Below are positions 29,701-39,136 of a DNA stretch of 64,000 bases, in pieces. A program made the translations under genes and the position numbers. The DNA lies in the IMG/VR virus record IMGVR_UViG_3300046787_000345, positions 8,757 through 72,756 of that record; one strand, written 5' to 3'. Source of the stretch: a virus. Position 1 is the stretch's first letter, and each line of letters starts with the position of its first letter. The notes under the pieces are model-generated. The model saw nothing but the letters and a program-made list of their open reading frames with translations, had not been told where the DNA came from and searched no databases.

Positions 29701-30074
29701 ATATTATTTCTTCCGGCTGTTACAACTACCTCTGATAATGTAGTTGTTCCATCAACTAAAATGAAATTAACGTTTGTAGTAATACCCAATTGAGTATTTA
29801 CATCTTTAATTTCATCTTTTTTGTACCCTACATAAGTAGCGTGTAATACATATGGTCCACCTACTCTTGTTGCAGGTAGTACATAAGTACCATTTTTGTT
29901 GGTTACAGTGTTGTACTGCGTACCTGTCGGTGTATGTACTGCGTGAATCGTAGCACCTACCAACACTTCATTTTTCTCGTTCTTCACAACACCAGAAATT
30001 GAGGAAGTAGTAATCTGACTAAATCCAAAAAACGTGGTCATTGCAAAAACTAACGATAAAATCAGTTTTTTCAT
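26799..30074 (-). CDS. TonB-dependent receptor (Oar-like, carboxypeptidase-regulatory-like N-domain)
   Basis: Signal peptide; LSEVVVTA; NNFTIDG; FTGAGINAVTRSGTN plug motif; C-terminal QLGIRYTF. Confidence 0.92.
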   Translation of the reverse strand: MKKLILSLVFAMTTFFGFSQITTSSISGVVKNEKNEVLVGATIHAVHTPTGTQYNTVTNKNGTYVLPATRVGGPYVLHATYVGYKKDEIKDVNTQLGITTNVNFILVDGTTTLSEVVVTAGRNNIISRERTGASQQFSRRELQTIPIVGARTIDGITKYNPFGNGNSFGAQDSRLNNFTIDGSQFNNNFGLGSSAQAGGRTGASAISLDAIDQLQVNIAPFDIRQSGFTGAGINAVTRSGTNEVEGSVYTTQRNNSSTYIGNNARGTTITPSKFDERVQGFRLGAPIIKNKLFIFGNYEGIERTEPGTTWISSGSPLTGSQVSRPTFQQLTDLSKFMKDKFNYETGPFEGYSNTNTSNKFLVRVDWNINANNKLTARYVYHDSEAQIGISNSQSAGFGNRTQNINAMSFQNSGYTIQDNTRSAVLELNSKFSNTLHNNLIVSYDKQIENRGYMSQMFPTIDILQGSTTLTSVGFDPFTPGNKLDYSTFNVTNNLTKYLNKHTLVGGFNFQSYESNNLFFPASNGVYIFNSLNDFYTAANQSLANGGRPSTFAPARFQFRYSALPGAIEPLQTLRSNRLDLYLQDEYDATEDLKLTFGVRANIIGFDNTALENKAVSAMTFANGEKWNTGLMPKTQVLFEPRVGFNYNLKGESKTQFRGGTGVFTGRPPYVFLSNQIGNNGVLTGFIDVSGAAAAQYGFTADPNKYFIPSTPTLPSTFDLALTDPNYKFPQVWKTNLAVDQKLPFFGLIASAEYLYNQTLNAVHYYEANLRNPVGTLGGVDNRPRFGGSDATVRVNNNVSRAAVLTNRDGAFHESLTLKLEKPVQKGFWGSIAWTTANSKDYMSAGSIASGSWQSALSVNGNNDLGLSFADAFVKNRFVGLLGYRIEYGGNYGGATTFTLGYVGQQGNPFSYIAAGDLNGDRVNNNDLIFVPNKGSDIRFVPLTAGGRTYTEAEQQAAFDKFIDQDDYLKTRRGQYAERNGGLLPYLHRFDLSVAQDIFVKIGGKRNSFQIRADILNFGNLVDNQFGVSQRATAPQLLNFVSRDANNVPSYRLATQRLTDGSTILARDTYQYNSSVFDVWSAQLGIRYTFGR

Positions 30075-30110
30075 AATTGTCCTTTTTTGTTGTTAAAAAT
30101 TAAATAAACC

Positions 30111-30129
30111 ATTTGAGACCGTCTCAAAT
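30111..30129. promoter_or_regulatory. Perfect 9-1-9 palindrome upstream of the TBDR gene (putative operator)
   Basis: ATTTGAGAC-C-GTCTCAAAT. Confidence 0.45.
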
Positions 30130-30150
30130 TTTATAATAAAAAGGTTTCCC

Positions 30151-30393
30151 TTATTTATTCGAAAGTAGTAATTCCTTATTAGGCACAAAATCATCATCAC
30201 CTCCAGTTGTGTATGGTGGATTAGTATCATTTGTAAATTTAGGGGAATTAGTTCCATGTTCCGGTTTCCATTCACCGGTATCAACTTTGATTAGGGTATG
30301 TTTGATAAACTCCCAATCTGATGGGGATGGGTTGTTTGTCCCCAATCCTTTTGTGTAACCTCGCAACCAACATATAAATTCGTTTGATGTCAT
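30151..30393 (-). CDS. Hypothetical protein
   Basis: Likely start MTSNEFICWLRG at 30393. Confidence 0.55.
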   Translation of the reverse strand: MTSNEFICWLRGYTKGLGTNNPSPSDWEFIKHTLIKVDTGEWKPEHGTNSPKFTNDTNPPYTTGGDDDFVPNKELLLSNK

Positions 30394-30397
30394 TGTA

Positions 30398-30406
30398 GAT
30401 AAGTAT
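30398..30406 (-). promoter_or_regulatory. Class-2 promoter motif variant ATACTTATC
   Basis: 4 nt upstream of ATG at 30393. Confidence 0.35.
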
Positions 30407-30448
30407 TGCATACATTAGGTTTTTTATATTACCAAATTGTTAAGAAAT

Positions 30449-31795
30449 TTATTTAAGAATGAACTTTCTAAAATAGTCCAATTCATTATAAATCCAATCT
30501 AATATTATTTTTTTGTTTTCTTTAATTTTAGGTAAGTTTTCCAAATAGATTCGTTTAGCATCTTCTAATGAAATCTTTTCTAATGCTTCAATTACATAAT
30601 CCATTTGTTTAATTGGGTCTTCTGTTTCTAAGAATATAGGATTTATACCCAACTCTTTGATAAATGTATGACCACCTAATTTTTCAAACTCTCTATAAAA
30701 TTTATTGGCACCTACTGAAATAAACAACTTTTCAAAAAATACCCCGTGATATGTTTTTTCAGACCAGAAATCATATAATTTATTAAATAGTATATGAGTT
30801 TCACCTACAACTTCAATATAACTTTTATTATAATCTTTGTTTACAATATTTTCAGTCGAATATTCAAATCGTTTATGTTCACCTAATGGGTCGTGAATTT
30901 GATTATAGTGAGATATTGGTTTATAAAATTCTTTATTCCAATATTCAAATACTTCTTGTTTAATTAGATTAGTACCATCGGTGTTTGGATTATTGTTTCT
31001 TACTTGCATTGAATATTCATCAAAGAAGAATTTGTTCATAGTTACATATCCGTTATCAACTAAACCATTTTCTATGATTTTGTTAATGAAATATAATCTA
31101 TGATAACGAGGTTTACCTCCTAACATTCCAAATACTTTTTCTCTATCTTCAATTGGTTCTACTAACCCATCTAACCAATTATAGAAAGTTTCTTCGCCAT
31201 TTAAAATTTGATGCCAATTATTTGGAGATACTTCAAACGCAAGAATATCATAAATGTAATTCCAAAGAGAATTAAACGTATTTACTTTTGTATTTTTCAA
31301 TCCTTCAAATAATGGATAATCGGCCATTTTGATGTACTCAAACTCATAATCATTTATACATCCAACATAGTGGTCTGCTTCATAATCTAATGGTTCGAAA
31401 TATGATAATCCAAACGCAATTCTACAATTACGTTCTTTGTAAACTTTTTCAAGTTGTTTTACAAATCCGATGCCAAATACTCTAAATAATTTAACCCACA
31501 CTCCTACAAACTGCCATCTATCTAAAATGAAAGTTGTATTTTGAGGTGGGTTAATAAAAATAGAGTGTTGATTAGTATCGAAGAAATTATAGTTAGTAAG
31601 TTCATGTCCTTCTTTGTTACGAGTAGTCCATATAATATTATTTTCATCAAACTCACTATATAATTTAATCTGATACTCATTGTTATCATGAGTAAGATTC
31701 AAAACTTTATATTCCTTAGTAACTTCAGTTTGTTTAAACTTAGATTTACCAAATAGGGAAAATAATTGAGGTTCTCTTGATACTATATTAATCAT
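30449..31795 (-). CDS. Hypothetical protein, possible GT-B-like transferase
   Basis: PR.HR and EVVGET...SEKTY motif loosely reminiscent of GT10-like proteins. Confidence 0.4.
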   Translation of the reverse strand: MINIVSREPQLFSLFGKSKFKQTEVTKEYKVLNLTHDNNEYQIKLYSEFDENNIIWTTRNKEGHELTNYNFFDTNQHSIFINPPQNTTFILDRWQFVGVWVKLFRVFGIGFVKQLEKVYKERNCRIAFGLSYFEPLDYEADHYVGCINDYEFEYIKMADYPLFEGLKNTKVNTFNSLWNYIYDILAFEVSPNNWHQILNGEETFYNWLDGLVEPIEDREKVFGMLGGKPRYHRLYFINKIIENGLVDNGYVTMNKFFFDEYSMQVRNNNPNTDGTNLIKQEVFEYWNKEFYKPISHYNQIHDPLGEHKRFEYSTENIVNKDYNKSYIEVVGETHILFNKLYDFWSEKTYHGVFFEKLFISVGANKFYREFEKLGGHTFIKELGINPIFLETEDPIKQMDYVIEALEKISLEDAKRIYLENLPKIKENKKIILDWIYNELDYFRKFILK

Positions 31796-31797
31796 AA

Positions 31798-33435
31798 TTA
31801 TGGTTTATAGAAAACAAATATTGGTTCAAACTTATAAGCTTTACCATCATGTTTTACTGCGTTTTTAATACCAGTTTTAGTTGGGTCTAATCCAACCATT
31901 CGAGTCATTAACATCTTTAATTTACCTTTGTATTGACATCCTAATTCATTAAGAATATCAATGGAATCTTTTTCTAAAGCATAATAGGTATCTTTACCAA
32001 TTTTAATATCTGCAATGTTCCATAGAATGTACCTATCATTCTTAGTATACTCATAGATAGTAGTTAAAGTAGGACGTAGGAAATTATCTCTCCAATCATC
32101 GTACTCACCATATGCTCTGAATGATTGATTCTCATCTTGTGAATATTGTTCTCTATTAAAGTATGGAGGTGATGTAAATGATAAATCCAACTTACCTTTG
32201 TATTTTTGGAACTTAGGATTATGTTGAATTAATTCAGAACCATCTTGAAACAATTCGTATGTATTACCTTGCTTTTCTACATCAAAGAATTTAGTAAATG
32301 TTTCAGAGAAATCATCCACACAATTATCATTGTAGAATTTAGCTGCATATTCATAACGAGATATCCCTAATTCTTCAATAAAGTTATCAGGATTTGGGTC
32401 AGTACCAATGTAATGGGTTTTCTTACGAGATGCCATTGCACCTAAAATTCTACCACCCCATCCACTTGATGAATCATAAATATGAAGAGGTTCATCTTGT
32501 TCAATATGTGATGTAAAATGTTCGTAAATCCACTTTGCAGTTAATGCAGGAAAGTTTACTGCAGGTTGTCCACAACTTAAACGGAATACTTGTAGGATTT
32601 TTGGAAATATACCAACTGTCTTATCGTACCAACGAATCAAATAATAAAACTTTTTAGTTGTTTTACCATCTGCAAGTGTCATACTATCTTCAATTACCTT
32701 AACATTTGATAATTGAGTTGGATTTAACCAACCATTATCTACACATCCTTGTAATTGTTCAGCAGTTAAATATAAGTTACCAAACCCAATATATTGTTCA
32801 TTGATAGTTCCGTAATTATCAATAGTATCTTCTTTTACTTTTGCAATTACGATATCCAAATCAGAATGTTTACCTACAAAGATTTTACCTTCATGTACTT
32901 TCTGAATAAACTCTACACCAGTTTCACCATCCCAAAACTCATTCTCATCTTTTTTATTTACGATGGAACGTGACCACGAATACATAGAATCTCTTTTAAC
33001 TGCTCTACGCATAATTTTCACAAACAATTCTTCTAAGTTAGGGTCAGAGAAATGGTCATAAATCGATAATCCACCATCAGCAGTTTTTCCGATTGAAATT
33101 TTAGTTTTCAACATTGTAGGGAAGAACTGATTAATAGCAGATGCATCTTTGTTAAAATTCTGAATAATACCTAATGATTCGTCATCTCCTGTTAAATCTT
33201 TTTGTAGGAAATCACAATCGTTTCCCTTTAATTTTTTAAATGATTCTATGATACCATCCTTATCTTTACCGATAACAGGAGGTACACCATCTTCATCCCA
33301 TTGCTTTGTAACTTCTTTACGAAGTAACTTAGCCCAATTGATGAACTCATCATCAGTCATTTGTAGTAACTGATGATAAGTTCTATTGGATTGGAATTCA
33401 GAAAATTTTGAACGTTCGTAGTAGTATTTACTCAT
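31798..33435 (-). CDS. DNA amino-methyltransferase (N4-C/N6-A type)
   Basis: YDSSSGWGGR (motif I), FTSPPYF (motif IV). Confidence 0.8.
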   Translation of the reverse strand: MSKYYYERSKFSEFQSNRTYHQLLQMTDDEFINWAKLLRKEVTKQWDEDGVPPVIGKDKDGIIESFKKLKGNDCDFLQKDLTGDDESLGIIQNFNKDASAINQFFPTMLKTKISIGKTADGGLSIYDHFSDPNLEELFVKIMRRAVKRDSMYSWSRSIVNKKDENEFWDGETGVEFIQKVHEGKIFVGKHSDLDIVIAKVKEDTIDNYGTINEQYIGFGNLYLTAEQLQGCVDNGWLNPTQLSNVKVIEDSMTLADGKTTKKFYYLIRWYDKTVGIFPKILQVFRLSCGQPAVNFPALTAKWIYEHFTSHIEQDEPLHIYDSSSGWGGRILGAMASRKKTHYIGTDPNPDNFIEELGISRYEYAAKFYNDNCVDDFSETFTKFFDVEKQGNTYELFQDGSELIQHNPKFQKYKGKLDLSFTSPPYFNREQYSQDENQSFRAYGEYDDWRDNFLRPTLTTIYEYTKNDRYILWNIADIKIGKDTYYALEKDSIDILNELGCQYKGKLKMLMTRMVGLDPTKTGIKNAVKHDGKAYKFEPIFVFYKP

Positions 33436-33438
33436 ATA

Positions 33439-34152
33439 TTAACTAGCGATTTCTACTAAGTAGTAATCAGATGTATATTCACCCGCTTCAAAATGGATGT
33501 GTGATAAACCTTGTGATGAAATGTTTAAAGTAGCATCTTTTGCTTCTTTGTTAGCAACTAAAATTTCTTTTAAGTATGTTGCTGAGAATGAGATTGGTTC
33601 TACATCACCATCAATTTCACCATCTACATCAATAGAAATTCGGTTAGTATTGATATTAGAATGTCCTAATACGATTTGTGCCTTACCATTCTTTACAACG
33701 AATGTAAAGTTGTTTTCATCCGTTAATGCACTCTTAGCACGAATGAATTTAGTAATAAAGTTTTCATCCAATTTGATTTTGATATTGAAATCTGGTAATT
33801 TCTTCAAATCAGGTACGTTAGGAATAACCGAAAGGTCTGCTAACATATAGTTTACTGAAGTTGAACCATCTTTGAATTTCAAAGAAACTGCTTTACCATC
33901 TACATCAGAAATTTCAAAATCAACTGATTCACCTAATACACCTAACATCTTTGTTAGTTTGGATGTATCATATACACCGAATGTTGTATCGTTAAAATTG
34001 AACTCAGTCATTGTTACTTTACCCAATACCGATTTATCATCAGAAATGAATGAAGTTGTTAATGAATTGTCTTTTGTTTCCCATTTTACTGATTCTACCA
34101 AACCAGCAAGGTTGTACTTTTGTACGAAACGATTTAATTTACCTTTTTCCAT
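33439..34152 (-). CDS. Sliding clamp (gp45/PCNA-like)
   Basis: 237 aa; FGVYD..L pattern; adjacent to PolB. Confidence 0.75.
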   Translation of the reverse strand: MEKGKLNRFVQKYNLAGLVESVKWETKDNSLTTSFISDDKSVLGKVTMTEFNFNDTTFGVYDTSKLTKMLGVLGESVDFEISDVDGKAVSLKFKDGSTSVNYMLADLSVIPNVPDLKKLPDFNIKIKLDENFITKFIRAKSALTDENNFTFVVKNGKAQIVLGHSNINTNRISIDVDGEIDGDVEPISFSATYLKEILVANKEAKDATLNISSQGLSHIHFEAGEYTSDYYLVEIAS

Positions 34153-34186
34153 TTGTTTGTTTTTTATTATTTAATTTATTGTTACA

Positions 34187-34218
34187 CAAAGATACGAATA
34201 ATTTTTGAATTATCCAAA
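34187..34218 (-). promoter_or_regulatory. Bacteroidota-type sigma promoter
   Basis: TTTG-N20-TATCTTTG. Confidence 0.8.
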
Positions 34219-34224
34219 TTTATT

Positions 34225-36732
34225 TTAAAATGAGAAGAATTTCTCTGCTGTTTTTTGTTCACTCATCACTTCACCCCAATCTAAGGCGTTATAAAAATCT
34301 TGTAATTTACCCTTTAATTCGGCTTCGAAGATTCTATTATGGTCTATGTAGGTTGAAATGAATTTTGTTATTTCTTCGGGGTCATCATAACCTGTAAACC
34401 CTAACCCATCGATTCCTAATGGATTGTTTTTAAGATATACCCATTTAATTTTATCACCATCTTTCATAGGTGAATATTTGAATGGTGCATTGAAATGTTT
34501 CAAACAATCATTATATAGAATTGCTGCTTTAACGTGAGCAGGAACACCTTTCTCCATTTGGAAAAGTTGTCTTTTCTTTGGTAGATATTTTGATAAGTTT
34601 TTTACTGCAGAGTTTTTAGCAATTTCAGTAATTGGTCTATCTACCATACTCTTTTTAAATGCGAGAACAAATGCTGTAATTTCTTCTTCTGGTTTACTTC
34701 GTAGGATATCAATTAAGACAGTTCCCATACACTCCTGAAATGCTTTTGGAAATGATGAACGTTTAACGTCTAATCCCTTAACATCTAATTTATCTACCGC
34801 AATACCATTGTTTGATATAATCCATTGAGCATAACGTTTCTTTGCAATCCAAATACCTGCTCTAGCAACGTATTCCTTTTTAATTTCCAATCGGTGTTTT
34901 TGAACGTTAAATAGTTTATCAGAAAGTATATCATAGAATTTATTCAGATAATCTTGCATTTCACCTGCAATACCATCCACCAATTGAGCAACTTCACTAT
35001 CTGGCATTTCTTTCCAATTTGGATGACGAAAATCTAAAAGTGGAACTGCTGAAAAGAATACTGAATCCGTATCGATATAAATGTTTGAATCTACATCGGT
35101 TGTACCTAACTCTTTATTGTATTTGATGTTCCCCATATTCGCCGAGTTTTTAATAACCGTCTGACCAGTAGTCGTAACCGCCTCAGCATTATCAACATCA
35201 TAAAACCGAAAGGCAGGAAGACCAAGCACACCATAAAGAGAGTTAAGTAAGATTTTTTGAACCAACTGTCTTTTTCCGTAAAAGGCATATTTTTCTTTAT
35301 CACCCTCCTGACCGTACTTCTTTTCCAATTTTCTAAATTCAACCCTTTCATTGAACCATATGTCTAATATTTCTGGAATACATCCTATTTTATCTTTACG
35401 ATATAACACACCATTTGATGATATAGTTAAATCTGCTTCTTTAATATATTTTTCTAAGTTATCACGTGAAATTCTATCATCACCCATTTGGTAATAATCA
35501 ACTTCTTTTTTCATAAATGTTTGAACATCCCAATCCGAAATCTTAGCAACCTTAGTTTCTGGACTAATGTTCAAAGTCATAATGATTGATGGATATAGTG
35601 ATGTTAAATCCAAATCATATACCCAGTCATATTTACCCACAATTGGGTCTTTTACATATGCACCGATAAACTTCTCCTCACCTGCTTCAGCCATAGCTGC
35701 GAGTTTCTCTTTTCTATCTGCAGGTTTATTTGGTGCAACCAATCCTTTACGTTTAAGGAAACATAGTAATGCACCCTCCAAATATTTCGATGAATAAACG
35801 AAATCTTCATATGGAACGTGACCTGCATGACAGATACCTCTACATAAATCAATGAATTGTAATTTCTTATCTAATTCTACAACAATCTCAACGTCCACTA
35901 AGTTATACTCAATGAACTTTTCAATATCTTCGTTAAATAAATCATCCAATGAACCTTGATACTCAATCTTACCTTTACCCAATTCAATTGTACCAATGGT
36001 ATCCAAACGATAGTTAGGTAATTCGTTGTAGTTAAATTTCTTATAAAGAGAAAGGTAATCTAAACAACTTACTCCAGCCAAAAACCATCTTTGACGATAT
36101 GGTGAATAGAATGCTTGACCGATAGGTGATAATCTTTTTGCTTGGGATTCGCCTAAGATTCGTTTCATTCTATTGAATAGATAGGGAATATCGAAATTAT
36201 CAATGTTCCAACCTGTTAAAATATCTGGTGCAATTCCTTCGTATAACTCTAAGAACTTCATACACATATCTCTCTCATCTCTGAAAGGGATTACGATTGC
36301 CTTATCGGTTTTACGTTCAACCATTTGACCTTTCTTATCCATCACCAATACCCAATATTGATTGGTTACACTATCTTGTAAACCAATCGCAGTAAGTTCG
36401 TTCTCTGCCTTTTCAGTATCAGGTAATCCACTCTCCATCTCCACCTCAATATCGAAAGTCATTGTTACAATACCTTCGGATGGGATATCAGAATCGACAT
36501 AAGTATCCACTAACACACGAGTTGTTTCTGGTACATCTGATTCGAATAAATTCGGGTCATCATTTTTGAATTTGTAAATTTTGGTTAATCGGTCACCATA
36601 GATGGAACGTGCTTCACCTCTCTCTGCCCTTTCATACGCATAACGTGTGTATGGGAATGTTCTATAACCTAAATGGGAATCCCATAAATGTATTAGGTTT
36701 CTTTCTCTCTGATAGTATATATTCTTGTAAAT
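34225..36732 (-). CDS. Family B DNA polymerase (probable ATT start at 36732)
   Basis: Exo FDIE; DLTSLYPS; K..LNSLYG; YIDTDS; KKRY. Frame is open 72 codons upstream of the GTG at 36516. Confidence 0.95.
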   Translation of the reverse strand: MYKNIYYQRERNLIHLWDSHLGYRTFPYTRYAYERAERGEARSIYGDRLTKIYKFKNDDPNLFESDVPETTRVLVDTYVDSDIPSEGIVTMTFDIEVEMESGLPDTEKAENELTAIGLQDSVTNQYWVLVMDKKGQMVERKTDKAIVIPFRDERDMCMKFLELYEGIAPDILTGWNIDNFDIPYLFNRMKRILGESQAKRLSPIGQAFYSPYRQRWFLAGVSCLDYLSLYKKFNYNELPNYRLDTIGTIELGKGKIEYQGSLDDLFNEDIEKFIEYNLVDVEIVVELDKKLQFIDLCRGICHAGHVPYEDFVYSSKYLEGALLCFLKRKGLVAPNKPADRKEKLAAMAEAGEEKFIGAYVKDPIVGKYDWVYDLDLTSLYPSIIMTLNISPETKVAKISDWDVQTFMKKEVDYYQMGDDRISRDNLEKYIKEADLTISSNGVLYRKDKIGCIPEILDIWFNERVEFRKLEKKYGQEGDKEKYAFYGKRQLVQKILLNSLYGVLGLPAFRFYDVDNAEAVTTTGQTVIKNSANMGNIKYNKELGTTDVDSNIYIDTDSVFFSAVPLLDFRHPNWKEMPDSEVAQLVDGIAGEMQDYLNKFYDILSDKLFNVQKHRLEIKKEYVARAGIWIAKKRYAQWIISNNGIAVDKLDVKGLDVKRSSFPKAFQECMGTVLIDILRSKPEEEITAFVLAFKKSMVDRPITEIAKNSAVKNLSKYLPKKRQLFQMEKGVPAHVKAAILYNDCLKHFNAPFKYSPMKDGDKIKWVYLKNNPLGIDGLGFTGYDDPEEITKFISTYIDHNRIFEAELKGKLQDFYNALDWGEVMSEQKTAEKFFSF

Positions 36733-36759
36733 AACCTTAAAATTTAATTGTTAGTAATA

Positions 36760-36791
36760 CAAATATACGAAATAATTTCCGTATTTCCAAA
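36760..36791 (-). promoter_or_regulatory. Bacteroidota-type sigma promoter for polB
   Basis: TTTG-N20-TATATTTG. Confidence 0.8.
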
Positions 36792-36799
36792 AGTTTTTC

Positions 36800-37639
36800 T
36801 TAAAACTTATAAATTCCACCAATATTCCAGAACAAAATAGTTCCTTCAATTTGGTCTATATTCTCTTCTAACCATTTCCATTGTTTTATATCCCAAAATT
36901 GGTTACAAGGGAATGGTGCTTCATATCCATCCAAACGATTTTCGAATAGATACTCTGATTTTCGTATGTTTAACGGAATTGGTATTCCACTCTTTTTTAG
37001 AGTTTTTTTGATTGAACTTTCAGATGATACACATGTTGTCCAAATCTTTCTACTAACCGATGGGAAAAACTCTTTAAGTTCTTCTCTATAATATCCTCTA
37101 GCCAAACCAGATAAAGTTACTCCACTACCTGATGATACTACTAAATTATCAAAATGTACGAATGGTTGAATTCTTTCTGCAAGATAATCTTTATAAAAAT
37201 CGTGGTCAAAAGCGTAAGGTAACATTTGCCAACCATTTTCTCTTGCCTGACCTCTAAGTGAGTTGTACATAATCTGCATCATATTAGGTCTGATTGGATT
37301 CAAATGTACTTTTGGATACATTTCCTTAATCATTCCTAAATACTCTTGTGATATCTTTTTAGAATCAGGATGTGAAACATAAAATTCTATATCCAATTCT
37401 TCACATATTGCTGCAAGTGCCCAACCTGTCCAACTTCCATCTACTGAAAGGTGGGTTAATGGTTTAGATTTATCAATATATTTTTTAACCAATTCATATA
37501 ATGCTGCTACTTTTCCCCACGGCGGTAAAAGTGTACCATCACCCATAAGGTCATCTCTTTTTACCCAAACTTCTCTACCTTTAATATGATAAAGTTCTAA
37601 TGGAGTATCTTCATTTAAACCTTTTAATTTTAAATCCAT
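36800..37639 (-). CDS. PLP-dependent enzyme, fold type II (ACC deaminase/D-cysteine desulfhydrase-like)
   Basis: TPL...VWVKRDDL.G....GK (PLP lysine); SSGSGVT phosphate loop; LFWNIGG. Confidence 0.75.
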   Translation of the reverse strand: MDLKLKGLNEDTPLELYHIKGREVWVKRDDLMGDGTLLPPWGKVAALYELVKKYIDKSKPLTHLSVDGSWTGWALAAICEELDIEFYVSHPDSKKISQEYLGMIKEMYPKVHLNPIRPNMMQIMYNSLRGQARENGWQMLPYAFDHDFYKDYLAERIQPFVHFDNLVVSSGSGVTLSGLARGYYREELKEFFPSVSRKIWTTCVSSESSIKKTLKKSGIPIPLNIRKSEYLFENRLDGYEAPFPCNQFWDIKQWKWLEENIDQIEGTILFWNIGGIYKF

Positions 37640-39135
37640 TTATACAACCCTCCTGCGTTTGATATCAACTCACCTTTCATACTTCTATGTGAGAATCCAT
37701 AAATTTTTTCAAAATTATCCCCAATCACATTAATCATCTTCTTTCTATTTTTGAAATTGATGATAGGGTCATTTAAAATAATATCTTCAATATATTGTTT
37801 AAAGTTTGTACCTTTTTGAAATGCTCTTTTCTCTTGGTCTAATATTTCATCAGGTAACTTACCTCTAAATGCATTTGCTAATGGTAGTTTCCATTGGTTT
37901 CCTTTTGCCAAGTATTCATCAGTAAGATTTGTGGTATAGTTTAAAAATTCTCTATCAAAGAATGGACATCTTAATTCGATTGTACCATAATTCATAAAGA
38001 TATTGTTACCTCTTAATAAATTACCATAGTATTGTTTTTCAAATAATTTTTTACGAACATCACTCCAATCTGGTTTCTTACTGAACATACGGAAAGTTCC
38101 ATATGAACCATATGATTCATCACTACCCTCACCACTAAATGCTACTTTGATACCATCCTTTGCCATTTCTTCGGCAATAAAGGATTGTAAAATACCCACT
38201 TCCATTTGAACAGTTGATGGGTATTCGATTACTTTAATTGAATCTATAAATCTTTGTTTAATTATTTCCTCATCACGAGGTACGAATACTTCTATCAATT
38301 CTACACCTAAATATTTGGCACATACTCTTGCTTTTTGTAAATCCTTAGATTCTTGGTCAAATGCAATTGTATACGCTTTTAGATTGGGAATTCTTTGTGA
38401 TAGTAAATATGTAATAACTGCCGAATCAATCCCTCCACTTAATGATGTGGCAATTGGAACATCTGAAAGTAGACGTTTGTCAACTGCACTTTCTAATAAC
38501 TTAAAAGTAGTTTCAGCAACTTCATCATGTGAATTAACTTCAGTAGGTTCGGATGCAAACTGAAAATAGTAATTTTCGTTTACTACAATTGTATCAGTAT
38601 CCAAATCAATCTCAACTAATGAGTTTTTTGGTACAAATTTTATATCAGATGTTTTATGTTGGGTAACAATTGATTTTATTTCACTTGCAATAATATATTT
38701 GTTTGTGTTGTAAATATACAATGGCAACTTACCCACCCAATCGCGTGATACTAATAATTTGTTATTATCAAAAATAACAAACGAAAACATACCCTCAAGT
38801 CGTTTCAGTTCATTTTCTTTATATAAGAATAGGATAATTTCTGAATCGGAGTTCGATTTAAATGTATACCCTCGTTCTTCATATTCTTTACGAAGTTGTG
38901 GGTAATTCCATATCTCACCATTTACTACTAATTCTACACCATCATATTCCATAGGTTGATTACCCAAAGGAGATGTATCGTTAATAGATAAACGATTATG
39001 TCCTAAAATGATATGCTTATCTCCATACTTAAATTCTTTGATACCGCGGTTATCTCTACCACGATGTTCAATTGCTTCAAGCATATCGTTCACATCTTCT
39101 TTATTATACCCTATGGTTGCTACGATTCCACACAT
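37630..39135 (-). CDS. Asparagine synthetase B-like glutamine amidotransferase
   Basis: MCGI Ntn-Cys; HRG.D; NGEIWN; SLSGGIDS; SGEGSDE; R.PF.D. Confidence 0.92.
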   Translation of the reverse strand: MCGIVATIGYNKEDVNDMLEAIEHRGRDNRGIKEFKYGDKHIILGHNRLSINDTSPLGNQPMEYDGVELVVNGEIWNYPQLRKEYEERGYTFKSNSDSEIILFLYKENELKRLEGMFSFVIFDNNKLLVSRDWVGKLPLYIYNTNKYIIASEIKSIVTQHKTSDIKFVPKNSLVEIDLDTDTIVVNENYYFQFASEPTEVNSHDEVAETTFKLLESAVDKRLLSDVPIATSLSGGIDSAVITYLLSQRIPNLKAYTIAFDQESKDLQKARVCAKYLGVELIEVFVPRDEEIIKQRFIDSIKVIEYPSTVQMEVGILQSFIAEEMAKDGIKVAFSGEGSDESYGSYGTFRMFSKKPDWSDVRKKLFEKQYYGNLLRGNNIFMNYGTIELRCPFFDREFLNYTTNLTDEYLAKGNQWKLPLANAFRGKLPDEILDQEKRAFQKGTNFKQYIEDIILNDPIINFKNRKKMINVIGDNFEKIYGFSHRSMKGELISNAGGLYKWI

Positions 39136-39136
39136 A

